A DNA stretch of 64,000 nucleotides, taken from contig NC_058384.1 of NCBI RefSeq assembly GCF_018350175.1, positions 66,836,001 through 66,900,000 of the forward strand, written 5' to 3'. The notes under the pieces were generated by a model, which was given only the letters and a program-made list of their open reading frames with translations, was not told where the DNA came from and made no database searches. Position numbers and translations under genes: made by a program. The stretch comes from Felis catus. Taxonomy: Eukaryota. Positions 36,159 to 49,798 of the stretch are shown here, one piece after another. Each line of letters begins with the position of its first letter. The first letter of the stretch is position 1.

Positions 36159-36204
36159 TAGAACCCACAGCTCTTTATGCCATTAGAGTGCACTTTATTT
36201 GTAC

Positions 36205-36324
36205 TTTTTTTTTTTTTTTTTTTTTTTTGAGCAGCAGGCAAAAGGTTTTATTAGAGTATAAGATTAGAAAGTAATAGTAGGAAAGCTCTCTTTACAGAGA
36301 GGGAGCATTCGAAGGTGAATCCCC
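36205..36324 (-). mobile_element. Short polyadenylated retro-insertion of unidentified source
   Basis: T24 tail, AATAAA on - (36247-36252) 18 nt from the tail, 17-bp TSD with 2 mismatches (36191-36207 and 36325-36341). Confidence 0.75.
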
Positions 36325-36474
36325 CACTTTCTTTGTGCTTTGAAGTTAGACTCTGTTCTTGGTTCTGAAATAGAATTAAAGATGCCCTCCTCAATCCTTT
36401 TCTGTAGCGCATGATGCAGGAAAACAGCATGGCACCTGGCAGGTAGTAAGTGCTCAGTAAATGGAAGCACTCAC

Positions 36475-36656
36475 GGGGCGCCTGGGTGACTCAGTCCGTT
36501 GAGCATCTGACTCTTGATTTCAGCTCAGGTCACGATCTCAGAGTCCTTGGATTGAGCCCCCGCATCGGGCTCTGTGCTGAGTGTGGGGCCTGCTGGGGAT
36601 TCTCTCTCCCTCGGCCCCCCTCCCCTGCTTGCTCGCTCTTAAAAAAATAAATAAAA
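36475..36656 (+). mobile_element. Can-SINE
   Basis: GGGGCGCCTGGGTGACTCAG...GATTCTCTCTCC, A tail. Confidence 0.9.
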
Positions 36657-37364
36657 ATGGGAGCACTTAACTATTTTTGCCCTCCATTCTCTCACCACCC
36701 CAACTGATTTAGTCCATCATCCAAAATTGGGAGGCTTAGAAAATATACTTATTTGGGAAATGTAGGACTTGGTAATCCTAAAGTCTGCTTCTGAGGCCTT
36801 TTCCTTTGGAAAAGAAGCTGTCTTAGGGAGGAGGAGTGGTTATTTCCTGACTGAGTTCAGAAATTGCGAGTGGCATAGGGACATTTTAGTACTGTTTTTT
36901 AATCTCTGCTGTTTTTCCTTGTAAATGCCTGCCCCTTGGCCTTGTGCCTCTTTTTTGTCCCATTTACCTGTGTTTTTCCTATCCCACTGTTCCTGCATCG
37001 ACCTGGTAACTGTTTATTAAGTATCTGCTATGCGCCAAGCCCTGTTTGGGTCTACTCGATTCAGGGGTGACTAGATCGCGTGGTCCCTGGCCTCTTTCTG
37101 GACTCTTCGGACGTTGTGGGCTTGAATGTCAGTTCTCTCACGTAGTAGCTTTATAACCGCGGGCAAGTCACTGAGCCTGTTTCCTCATCCGTGAAGTGAA
37201 GATAGCATCCTGTGAGGACTCCGTGAGATGAGATCCCTTGAGCAAGGGACTAAGTGTTTAAAAAAAATGTTCTTTGCCCGCTTGTTTCTTTCTGTCTCCT
37301 TCAGAGCTGACGAGGAAGGTTTCTGGATCCTCCCTGGCCAGGGGATTTCTCACAGCCTCCAGCC

Positions 37365-37547
37365 ATGCGTCTCTCTGCCCTGCTGGCCTTGGCATCCAAG
37401 GTCACTCTGCCCCGCGACTACCGCTATGGGATGAGCCGCCCAGGCTCTCTTGCAGACAAGAGGAAGAACCCTCCGGGGACCAGGCGGCGCCGGGTGGCCG
37501 TGGAGCCCGTCTCGGATGAAGAATGGCATCTGTTCTGTGGGGACAGG
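37365..37547 (+). CDS. MRPL24: MRPL24 first coding exon (mitochondrial ribosomal protein uL24m); acceptor at 37304/37305
   Basis: gcc[40 protein letters not shown]...EWHLFCGDR|gtgagc; 183 bp. Confidence 0.96.
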
Positions 37548-37623
37548 GTGAGCTTTGGATGAGGTGGAGTGGTGGGGGGGCTAGGTGAGGGCCCCCCTCC
37601 CTGACCCTCCTGTCTTCCTGCAG

Positions 37624-37719
37624 GTGGAGGTCCTAGAAGGCAAGGATGCTGGGAAGCAAGGCAAAGTGGTCCAAGTCATCCGGCAGCGCAACTGGGTGGT
37701 CCTGGAGGGACTGAACACG
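37624..37719 (+). CDS. MRPL24: MRPL24 coding exon 2 (KOW motif)
   Basis: ctgcag|[32 protein letters not shown]|gtgagt; 96 bp. Confidence 0.96.
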
Positions 37720-37924
37720 GTGAGTGAAGATGGGGCGCTCAGGGGTGCTCAGGAAGCCTGTCCCCTCTGTCACCGCATTCGGAGCAGCCTAGGGAGGCAG
37801 GAGACGAGCTGCAGGGACAGTGAGACAGCTGACCTTGTTTTCCAGCTTGGGCTGAACGCCCCGAGCCGCGGTGGGCGAGCCCCCTTTCACACCCCCGGTT
37901 CTCATATCCCCCCCTTTTGGACAG

Positions 37925-38028
37925 CACTACCGTTATGTGGGCAAGACCGTGGATTCCCGGGGAACCATGATCCCCAGTGAAGCACCCCTGCTCCACCGCC
38001 AGGTCAAACTCGTGGATCCCGTGGACAG
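37925..38028 (+). CDS. MRPL24: MRPL24 coding exon 3 (ends at a GC donor)
   Basis: gacag|[34 protein letters not shown](R)|gcaagc; 104 bp. Confidence 0.92.
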
Positions 38029-38252
38029 GCAAGCACGTGGGGCTCTGGTCAGAGGGCTGCCCGCCCTGCGAGTGTGCATCAGTGTCGATCCCGTTTCTAC
38101 AAAAGGAATGGTGGGTTGGAGGTTCTGGAGATTGAAGGGGGCCATCCCTCTCGTGGACATGACCCCTGTGGGTCACCCCCAGTACAGACATAGCAGCAGC
38201 AAGATGGTGACCTTCGTGTTTTCAGCCGTTGACTTTTTGGGGAGGCACGTAG

Positions 38253-38441
<189 letters not shown>

Positions 38442-38527
38442 TGAGGGGCAGGAAGACGGGGACGGGGTGGTGGGAGGAGAGGGAGGGAGGGGATTTCCCA
38501 CCCATCTTCTTTCCTCTGGCTCAATAG

Positions 38528-38664
38528 ATGGCCCCAAAGACACATCAGTGGAAGATGCCCTAGAAAGAACCTACGTGCCCCGTTTAAAGACACTGGAGGA
38601 GGAGGTGATGGAGGCGATGGGGATCCAGGAGACGCGGAGACACAAGAAAGTCTATTGGTACTGA
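38528..38664 (+). CDS. MRPL24: MRPL24 last coding exon
   Basis: aatag|(D)[47 protein letters not shown]. Total CDS 651 nt = 216 aa + stop. Confidence 0.96.
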
Positions 38665-38979
38665 TCCTGGGAATCAGCTGGAGATCAGCTTCTCCCCTCC
38701 TTGTCTTAGCCTCCAAGGTCCAGGCCACCTCTCCTTCAGACACCAAGAGAGAGCCAGGAGGTCCCCCACAGGCGTCTGCTAGATCGGCACCTTAACCCAG
38801 CGCACCTGTTTCTGGGACTGAAGGAAGGGGTGTCTGTCCTTACGTTGTGACAGCCTGGGTGGAAGTTAGGCAGCCTCCACAGGGACAGGGCCTGCGGGTT
38901 CTGGGAGACCCGAGTAACGAGACGCTACCCGTCAGGGAGGCTGGCGGGAGCGGGGGTGGAAAAATAGAAGTGGCAGAGA

Positions 38980-39016
38980 AATAAAGATTTCATTTATTTA
39001 ATAAATTAAAAATAAA
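38980..39016. terminator. Cluster of poly(A) signals on both strands between MRPL24 and METTL25B
   Basis: + strand AATAAA at 38980-38985, 39000-39005 and 39011-39016. - strand AATAAA (TTTATT on +) at 38993-38998. Confidence 0.8.
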
Positions 39017-39111
39017 CCTTTACGTAGTATTACGTTAACATGGGGAGGGAGAGGCGAGGGTTGCAGGAAGCTAGGAGGCTGGTCCTCTGGGTGAACTCCA
39101 GATGGAGTTCG

Positions 39112-39273
<162 letters not shown>

Positions 39274-39547
39274 TCAGCTGTTCCCTGCCAGGCCTGTGGG
39301 CACAGCCCCTTTCCCTGTGCGGGGGGGGCCTGAGGTGTCTAAGAGACCCAATTCTCTACCAGGAATATGGGTACCCCAGACACCGACCCCACCCTTGGGG
39401 TTGTTCTTGCTTAAAACGCAAGATGGGATATGAGCCCGACTTAGCAGGAATGTGCGTAGACAAATCTCCCACCCCACTGGTACCCGAAGCAGCTAGTCTG
39501 AGTCCCGCCGCAGGGCTGGGGGGCTGGGGCCGGAAGGAGGAGCCTCA

Positions 39548-39799
<252 letters not shown>

Positions 39800-40119
39800 T
39801 CAGCCACAGACCATGCTCAGTTTGGCTTCAGGAGCCTCCCCTCCCACCCAGACTGGACGCTCCCGATCTGATGGCAGCTTTGCTGGGTTTGCCACCCTAG
39901 TATGCATTTTCCTAAGTTTCCCTGGCCAGGAACTGTCTGTCCAGCAGCAGATTGGTCCCCAAATTTATCATCTATACAATGATCTGACCATAGTTTTAGC
40001 ACTTAAAGACCTGGACGGTCCCCTGACAAAAGAGTGACAACTCGGTTCTAAAAGAATTCTGAGAAGCTGTCCGGTCAGACTTCAAAATCAACTCCCTGGG
40101 CACATTTAGATCTTCTTTT

Positions 40120-40268
40120 GTTTGTGGTTTGGTTTTTTTTGAGGGGAGGGGCAGAGGGAGATAGAACCTCAAGCAGGCTTCTGCCCACGACAGAGATCAT
40201 GATGCGCATGAGCGGAAATCAAGAGCCGGATGCCTAAACTAACTGAGCCCCCCCCCCCCCAACGCCCC
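40120..40268 (-). mobile_element. Degenerate Can-SINE in METTL25B intron 6
   Basis: T-rich start, CAAGCAGGCT, AAATCAAGAGCCGGATGC..AACTGAGCC. Confidence 0.7.
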
Positions 40269-40368
40269 ATAGATCTTTCGTTCACACCAACAAGTGAGGA
40301 TGGGAGGGAAATCAGACCTTCAGTCTGTGATGCCCGTCCCCCCCCCCGCCCTCCCCCCCCCAGCCTCA

Positions 40369-40995
<627 letters not shown>

Positions 40996-41141
40996 TCACC
41001 ATCAACTGCAAACCTCCTCGTCTGCGAGTCCCGGTTCCCCTCTGTCACGAGCCTAATGAACACCTGACCGGCCGCTCCACAGGTGGCTGGGAGAAGCGCA
41101 CGTCAGGGTGGAAAGCACTTTGTAACCAGAAAGTGCTTTTA

Positions 41142-41498
<357 letters not shown>

Positions 41499-41699
41499 TC
41501 AGCCTCCCTAGCAGTGACCTGGACGCCTGGGTCCCGGGCCCCCAGGAGGCTCAAGTCCTGCCCTGCCTAGTTCCACCACTGCCCAGCACCTGCTTCCCTG
41601 GGCCTGCAGCCTGACGACCTGCCTCCAGCTCTCTGTCCCCACGACTCAAACAACGAAACACCCAGACCTGAAACCCAGAATGTTAAGGGTCTGACTCAC

Positions 41700-41762
41700 C
41701 TGGCCTGAGCCTATATCCACGACCTGGGTGCAGCCCGTGAGGTCACTCAGTTTCTTCACCAA
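41700..41762 (-). CDS. METTL25B: METTL25B coding exon 4 (SAM-binding motif I)
   Basis: tgtag|[21 protein letters not shown]|gtgagt; 63 bp. DxGxGxG is completed by exon 5. Not in the ORF track. Confidence 0.93.
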
Positions 41763-41924
41763 CTACAAGAGGAGGGAACAAAGCTCTCCTGGCCACTGGG
41801 TGTTGGCTCCCAGGGCAAACACCCCCAACAGGGGCGGAGGCGCTGCAGAGGGCACAGGAAGAGGGCAGGGGTGCCACGAACACGAGATAGAGAAACCGAA
41901 AGGGAGGTGCTGACCCCAGGCTCA

Positions 41925-42638
<714 letters not shown>

Positions 42639-42794
42639 TCAATAGGCCGCTGCCCTTCCCGCCCTTCCCTGTCCTCAACGAAGGGCCACTGGCTGCGGCC
42701 AGCAGGCGCCTCCTACTCCTCCGAGTCACCTCTCCTCTGAAGCCTGCTCCTGCCTCCCCTTTCCTCGGAGCCCAGATGGCATCCCGGACACCTC

Positions 42795-43023
42795 TTTTTT
42801 TTTTTTTTTTTAATTTTTTTTAACGTTTATTTATTTTTGAGACAGAGAGAGACAGAGCATGAACGGGGGAGGGTCAGAGAGAGGGAGACACAGAATCTGA
42901 AACAGGCTCCAGGCTCTGAGCTGTCAGCACAGAGCCCGACGCGGGGCTCGAACTCACGGACCGCGAGATCATGACCTGAGCTGAAGTCGGCCGCTCAACC
43001 AACTGAGCCACCCAGGCACCCCC
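42795..43023 (-). mobile_element. Young SINEC_Fc-type element with TSD
   Basis: TSD GGACACCTCT at 42786-42795 and 43025-43034; long poly-T. Confidence 0.93.
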
Positions 43024-43189
43024 GGGACACCTCTCTTGTAGCAGCGTCCCTACTCATGGATGTGTCCGCTTTCTCTACTCAACTGTGCTTAAGGGCAAGG
43101 ATGGTGTCTTCACCGGCATCTGCAACACCACAGTGACTGACCTGTGTGGTATTAGCACATCACCGCTTGATAATCTACCATTGTTACCC

Positions 43190-43546
43190 GGGCACCTGGG
43201 TGGCTCAGCCAGTTAAGCGTCTGACTCTTGATTCTGGCTCAGGTCATGGGAGCTCTGGGCTGACAGCGTGCAGCCTGCTTGGGAGCCTCTCTCTCTGTCC
43301 CTCCCCTGCTTGTGCTCTCTCTCAGAAAAACAACTTAAAAAAAAAACAAAAAAATCCACCACGGGGCACCTGGGTGGCTCAGCGGTTAAGCATCTGACTT
43401 CGGCTCAGATGATCTCATGGTTGGTGAGTTCAAGCCCCATGTCGGGCTCTCTGCTTCAGATCCTCTGTCCCTCTCTCTCTCTGCCCCCACCCCGCTCCTG
43501 TTTTCTCCCCTTCTCTCTCTCTCTCAAAAATAAACACATTAAAAAA
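43190..43546 (+). mobile_element. Two tandem Can-SINEs (43190-43353 and 43363-43546)
   Basis: GGGCACCTGGGTGGCTCAG starts and A tails. Confidence 0.88.
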
Positions 43547-43829
43547 GTAATCTACCATTATATGCATCACACACTTTATATGCCAGATGTTATCCCAGGG
43601 CGTTTTTATTTGTTCACTTGTTCAACACAAATTCTGGAGCTTTGGTTACACACCAAGCTCTAGTCTAGGCTCAGAGGACACAACAATGAACCAGACAAGA
43701 TTCTTGCTCTCGCAGAGTTTACGTAAAAAAAATAATTTCAGGTAACGTCAAGTGCCACAGAGACGATCAAACACTAATGAAAACGGTAACACAATGGAGC
43801 TTGAGAGTACGGACGGAACACTGGTCTGG

Positions 43830-44129
43830 GGAGCTTGCGAAATGGGTGAGGAGGGTCAAAAAATACAAACTTCCAGTTGTAAAAATAAATAAATCATGGA
43901 GACGTAACGTACATCAAAGTGACCACAGCTAACGATGATGGACTGCATATTTGCAAGTTGATGACAGCAGACCTTAGGAGTTCTCCTCACAATAAAGGTA
44001 ACTTGAGAGGTGAAGGGTGTTTCACTACACTTACCATGGTGATCATTTTGCAACACAAATATCAAATCACTGTGTTATACCCCCAATACAAAGTTACATA
44101 TCAATTATACCTCGATAAAAAAAAAAAAA
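43830..44129 (+). mobile_element. L1 (L1MA-like) 3' end with poly-A
   Basis: GGTCAAAAAATACAAACTTCCAGTTG...ATATCAATTATACCTCGATAAAAAAAA. Confidence 0.75.
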
Positions 44130-44164
44130 CTCAGGTCATAGCAAACACTCATAAGATATTTTAA

Positions 44165-44375
44165 TATACCAGGCACTGTCCCAAGCATTTTCCATGTATT
44201 AATGCATTTAATCTTCAAACAACCCTATGAGATAAGTACTATTTTTACTTGGCATTTTCCAGAGAAGGAAACTGACACACAGCTGTTAAGGAACTTGCCC
44301 AAGTCAAAAAGCTAGTAAGCAGCAGAGCTGGAATCTGAAACCAACTGGACTCCAGTTCTTGCCCTTAATCACTGT
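44165..44375 (-). mobile_element. MIR
   Basis: CATTTAATCTTCAAACAACCCTATGAG...AAGGAAACTGA...ACTTGCCCAAG core. Confidence 0.75.
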
Positions 44376-44744
44376 TTTCTTTCGCCTTCCTGTGGAGGAA
44401 AAGCATTCCAGGCTGACCAGTAAGTGCAAAGGCCCAGAGGCCTGCCATATTTACAGAGCAGAAATCAGGCCAGTATAGGTGTAGTAGAGTCAATGTGGGA
44501 GACGATGAATGTGCTAGCCTTCAAAAGGCAGCAGGGGACAGATCATGTAGCACTTTTTCGATAATGGTAAGGAGTTAAGATTTCATCAAAGCACCTAGGA
44601 AGCAAGGCAGTGTCTCGATCAGATTTACGTGTTTTTCAAGTAAACTTGACACCAACGTGAGGCTCAAACTTACTACTCCAAGATCAAGAGTGTAGCAAAC
44701 TCTACGGACTGAGCCAGCGAGGTGCCCTGATCAAACTTACATTT

Positions 44745-44962
44745 TTAAAAAATTTATTTTGAGAGAGACTGCATGTGCATACCTGGGTCCGGGTGGGGAG
44801 GGACAGAGAGGGACGGAGAGAGATTCCAAAGCAGGCTCAGCGCTGTCAGCACTGACTCGGGACTGACTCAGAGCACTGACTCAGAGCCTGACTCGGGACC
44901 CCATCCCACCAACTATGAGATCATGAGTTAGCCACTCAACTGACTGAGCCACCCAGGCACCC
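44745..44962 (-). mobile_element. Can-SINE with internal micro-duplications, within L2 remnants (~44390-45260)
   Basis: GCAGGCTCAG..CTGAGCCACCCAGGCACCC; flanking L2-like GATGATGGTAGCTTGGCCCAGGGTGGTAGC. Confidence 0.8.
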
Positions 44963-45594
44963 GGGATTCCCAGTTTACAAGGATCAAGCTGCTTTATGAA
45001 GAAGTGGTTATGGAGAGTAAGTGAACACAGAGATCAGTTAGGAAGGAGTCCAGGAGAGAGATGATGGTAGCTTGGCCCAGGGTGGTAGCAATGGAGGTGG
45101 AAACAAAGGGTGAATTTAGTATCTGTTCTGGAGGTAGAGGCAACAGGACGCTTTGAAGAACTGGACTGTTGATCAATAAAAGCAAGAATTGAATCAATAA
45201 TGGCTTCTGGGCTTGGGGGGGCTGAACGATTCAGTGGATGCTGGTGCCACTTACACATCATCTCACTCATTCTTCATAAGGATCCTTCAGGCAGGGATCC
45301 CTATTACAGCTGAGAAACAGGTGGCAGGGAGTTCTTAATAACGCCTCCATCTAACACAGTAAAGCAGGCAGTCAAGCCGGTCTGATTCCAAAGCTGTGGC
45401 TGTCCAGTAGGCTACTAAACCAGGACTTTATGCAAAGCTCGGATCAATGAACTTGTGTGTTCCTGGAACACCTCACAGGTTCCTGGGGGAGCTCAACGTA
45501 GCTGCAGCGTGGCTCTGTTGTTCACGCATTTTATTTTGGACTTGGGAAAGTTAGAGAAACCAGCGAGATACTAGAAATATTAATACGTATGTCA

Positions 45595-46430
<836 letters not shown>

Positions 46431-47075
46431 TAGGTGTGGGCGCGGGGGGGGGGGGTCGCTCTCGGTGGCGGGGACCCCCGGCGTGCCTGCCGACGTAGGG
46501 CGCCCTAAGCCTCGGTTCACCCAGCGGGTGTGTGTGGTCAGAGGGCCTTTGTCGGGAGAAGGACCGGCGTGAGACGCGTGTGGTGGTCCCCCGCCTGGAG
46601 CCGCGCGGGGATGCCTGGGTAATCCAGAGGCCCTCGCGGGCGGATGGTACAGCTCCACTGTTCTGGCTTTCCAGACGCAGAGTTCGAGGTGGTCAGCCCC
46701 CTCCGGGTGCGAACGAGACTGAGCTCTTGGGAGGGGGAAGTGGCCTTCTCAAGACCCTGTGGCTGGTGAATTGTGGGGCCGCGCTAGAACCGAAGCTTCC
46801 TGGCGCAGACCGTGCCCCTGACATTATTTCACATTACAGATTCGTACCTGTTCTGGGCGGTCGCTCTGATGTCTTTCCAGCTTTAAGTCGTCCGGAGATG
46901 GGTCTTACTGTTTCACGGAGCCTATGGGCTCCGTTGTCAGGATTACTCTCTTCCCCAGGGTGTCCTACAGACCTCCAGACGTTGGCCTGTGGGATTCAGC
47001 AGAAGATGAGGCCTCTATCTTCCTGTCGTCAGTAAGCCGCTCCTCGCAACTGCTCTCCCGCCGTCCACTGTCCTC

Positions 47076-47807
47076 ATGTCTACCTTACTCCTCAATTTGG
47101 ATTTCGGTGAACCTCCCCCCAAAAAGGCATTAGAGGGGAATGCCAAGCACCGAAAATTTGTCAAGAAGAGGAGGTTCTTGGAACGGAGAGGTTTTCTGAA
47201 TAAGAAGAACCAGCACCCTAGCAAGGTGCCTAAGCTGCACCCAGACCCTCCGAAGAAAGGGGAAGCTCCTAGGGTGGATGGCACTTGGAAGGTCTCTCAC
47301 CTTCCAAAGAAGAAGACCGCCGCCTCCAGCAGCGGACCAGAGCAGCCCCTGGACAGGAAAGCTGCGGTGCCTTGGCTGACCCCTGCCCCTTCACAGAAGG
47401 CTGGGTCTGTCGTGGCCAAAGTAGATTTGCTGGGGGAATTCCAGAGTGCTCTTCCAAAGACTAGGAGCCACCCAGCTCGCTCCCAGAAGAAGGGTCCCCA
47501 GAAGAACCCTACTCAGAAAAACGCCCCACAGAACTCCACCCAATCTCATTTGGAGAATAAATGCTCCGGAGCGTCGCAGAAGACACCAGGGAAAATGGTG
47601 GCGATTGACTGTGAGATGGTGGGCACAGGACCCAAGGGGCACGTCAGTTCCTTGGCTCGATGTAGCATCGTCAACTACCACGGAGATGTGCTTTATGATG
47701 AGTACGTCCTCCCCCCCTGCCACATCGTGGACTACCGGACCAGATGGAGTGGCATCCGGAAGCAGCACATGGTGAATGCCACACCCTTCAAGGTCGCTCG
47801 GAGCCAG
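47076..47807 (+). CDS. ISG20L2: ISG20L2 first coding exon (nucleolar DEDDh 3'-5' exoribonuclease); acceptor at 46958/46959
   Basis: [33 protein letters not shown]...[10 protein letters not shown] (ExoI D/E)...YRTRWSGIR...VARSQ|gtgaga; 732 bp. Confidence 0.96.
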
Positions 47808-49597
47808 GTGAGAGGCTTGGGGTCCGATGGTAGTGGCGAGGCCGGTGGGCTGAGGTCCGCGTCATTTTTTCAGCAAAGGATGTCACTCTAGGAAGGCGCC
47901 AGAGGATGGGGAGGAGGGAAGGAGGGAGTGGATCGCCACGGGAAGAGGGCTTCCTGCTGGGGCAGAGGGTGGGAGTCCAGAAAGCTACAGTTAGCTGGTG
48001 GAGGGAACTCGGTTGGCTGAGACTGTTCGCTCTCCGGTCGAATCCTTGTCTGGGGAACTGGGAATCCGTACAGAGAAGTAACCACTGAGGGACAGAGCCC
48101 CAGGAGCGGATGGGGGGGGGGTGGAGAAACGCTCCATCTCTTCGGGGAGAGTGGGGAGGGCTTCCTGCCTAGCGTGGGAGGTGCTGGTGGTTTTGGTGGG
48201 AGCAGGGGTGACTCGCGTACCTGGGTCGGGTGTGCCGAAGCGACAGCTGCGACAGACGACACAGGGCTGTCGTGTCGGGTTCTCACCTCGCTCGCGGAGC
48301 AAGCCTCCTCACCGGCCCGGCCACAGGGAGCTCCACAGAGGGACGGGAAAAGGAAGGTGAACCTGAGGTGAAGGAGAGGAAGCCAGCTGGTCGTGGGAGG
48401 CCTCCAGAGGGCGCTCTTGGTCCACTTCTCTGCCACTTCAACCCCCTGCTCTTTGCTTTCTCTGGACGCTCTGTTCCGCTGGTGTTCTTCATGCGCCTGC
48501 AGTCAGTTGGAGGCGGTTCAGCAGAGGGGAGGGGGCTGGATCTTAGAAAGAACCCGAGAGGAGTTGAGCCTGCGCACCAGGGCACCCCTGAGCCGCGCTT
48601 GGGAGAGGCGGAAGGTGGGGAGGGTGTGGCGGGGCGCAGAGTGCCCTTAGGAGCCCGCACCTGCCTGGCTCGTGGCGCTCCCGCGGGGCTCTCGTCCTAA
48701 AGTGATCCCCCAGCGCTCAGGCCGGGCCGAGAGCCCCGTTCACAGGGTCTGCCGCTTCCGGGGCTTCCTGCCGGCCGTGTCCCAGTCAGGGCGCTTTAGT
48801 TCTTGTTCACAACCCGTTCGGGACCCGTCGGGGGAACGGCCTTCAGAGCTGGTGGCGTATTCTTTGGTTGTCCTCGTTGCCGGTTTGCCCTCACGCTTTA
48901 AGATCCTGCGGTGACGAGAAGGTCTTTGCTTCTGAGGCTCACGGGAATAAGGTTCCAGGGCGGCTGGTGAGTGAGTGGGGAGAGCTGAAGGCCGGGGGCT
49001 GGCGCACGCGGACTTAGTCTGCAAGAGGTTCGGAAGCTTTTGTAGCTCGTAGGACCTTCCAGAGTCGGATGGAAACCATAGGCCCTCCCCGCCCCCCCCC
49101 CAAAAAAAAACCCCCATGTACGTAACTTGGTGTACAATTTGGGGCTTCTGTCACCTCCCTGGAGCCCATCTCTGACCCCATCTGTCCAAGCCTCGTGTCT
49201 CAGGCCAGCATATGGTAGGGGTCAAAGGTCTTCACGTAGCGAGCCAGAACCAGCCTGGATAGTTACGTGAGCATCTCAGGCGTGAGTGTGATTTGGGACG
49301 GAGGCAAATCGGTCTGTTGCTGGGATGGAAGTTAGAAGATAAGGAGCCGTTGGGGATGTAAGTCCGGACGGGGTTACCGGCGTCGTGCGGCGGGGTCGTC
49401 TTGGGTGGTAGCTGCTTTCACCTCGGGGCGTGGAGCTGGGCCTCGGGTGGAAGAAGCCTGGTGGGAGAGGGCGTTTCAAGGATGAGCCGGGTGAGCACTT
49501 GGAGAAAAGGGCCTAGAAGGACCCATGGCCACGTTGGGCTTGTAGGATGCAGGGGCTTCGCGCCTCCTCGCCAGCGCCGCCTCTGTTCCTGTTTCAG

Positions 49598-49798
49598 ATC
49601 TTGAAGATCCTCGCAGGGAAGATAGTGGTGGGGCATGCCATCCACAACGACTTCAAAGCCCTTCAGTACTCCCACCCCAAGTCTCTCACCCGCGACACCT
49701 CCCACATCCCTCCCCTCAACCGGAAGGCCGAGTGCCCAGAGAACGCCACCGTGTCCCTCAAGTGTCTCACCAAGAAGCTTCTGAACCGGGACATCCAG
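49598..49798 (+). CDS. ISG20L2: ISG20L2 coding exon 2
   Basis: ttcag|[22 protein letters not shown] (ExoII)...KKLLNRDIQ|gtagtg; 201 bp. Confidence 0.95.
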
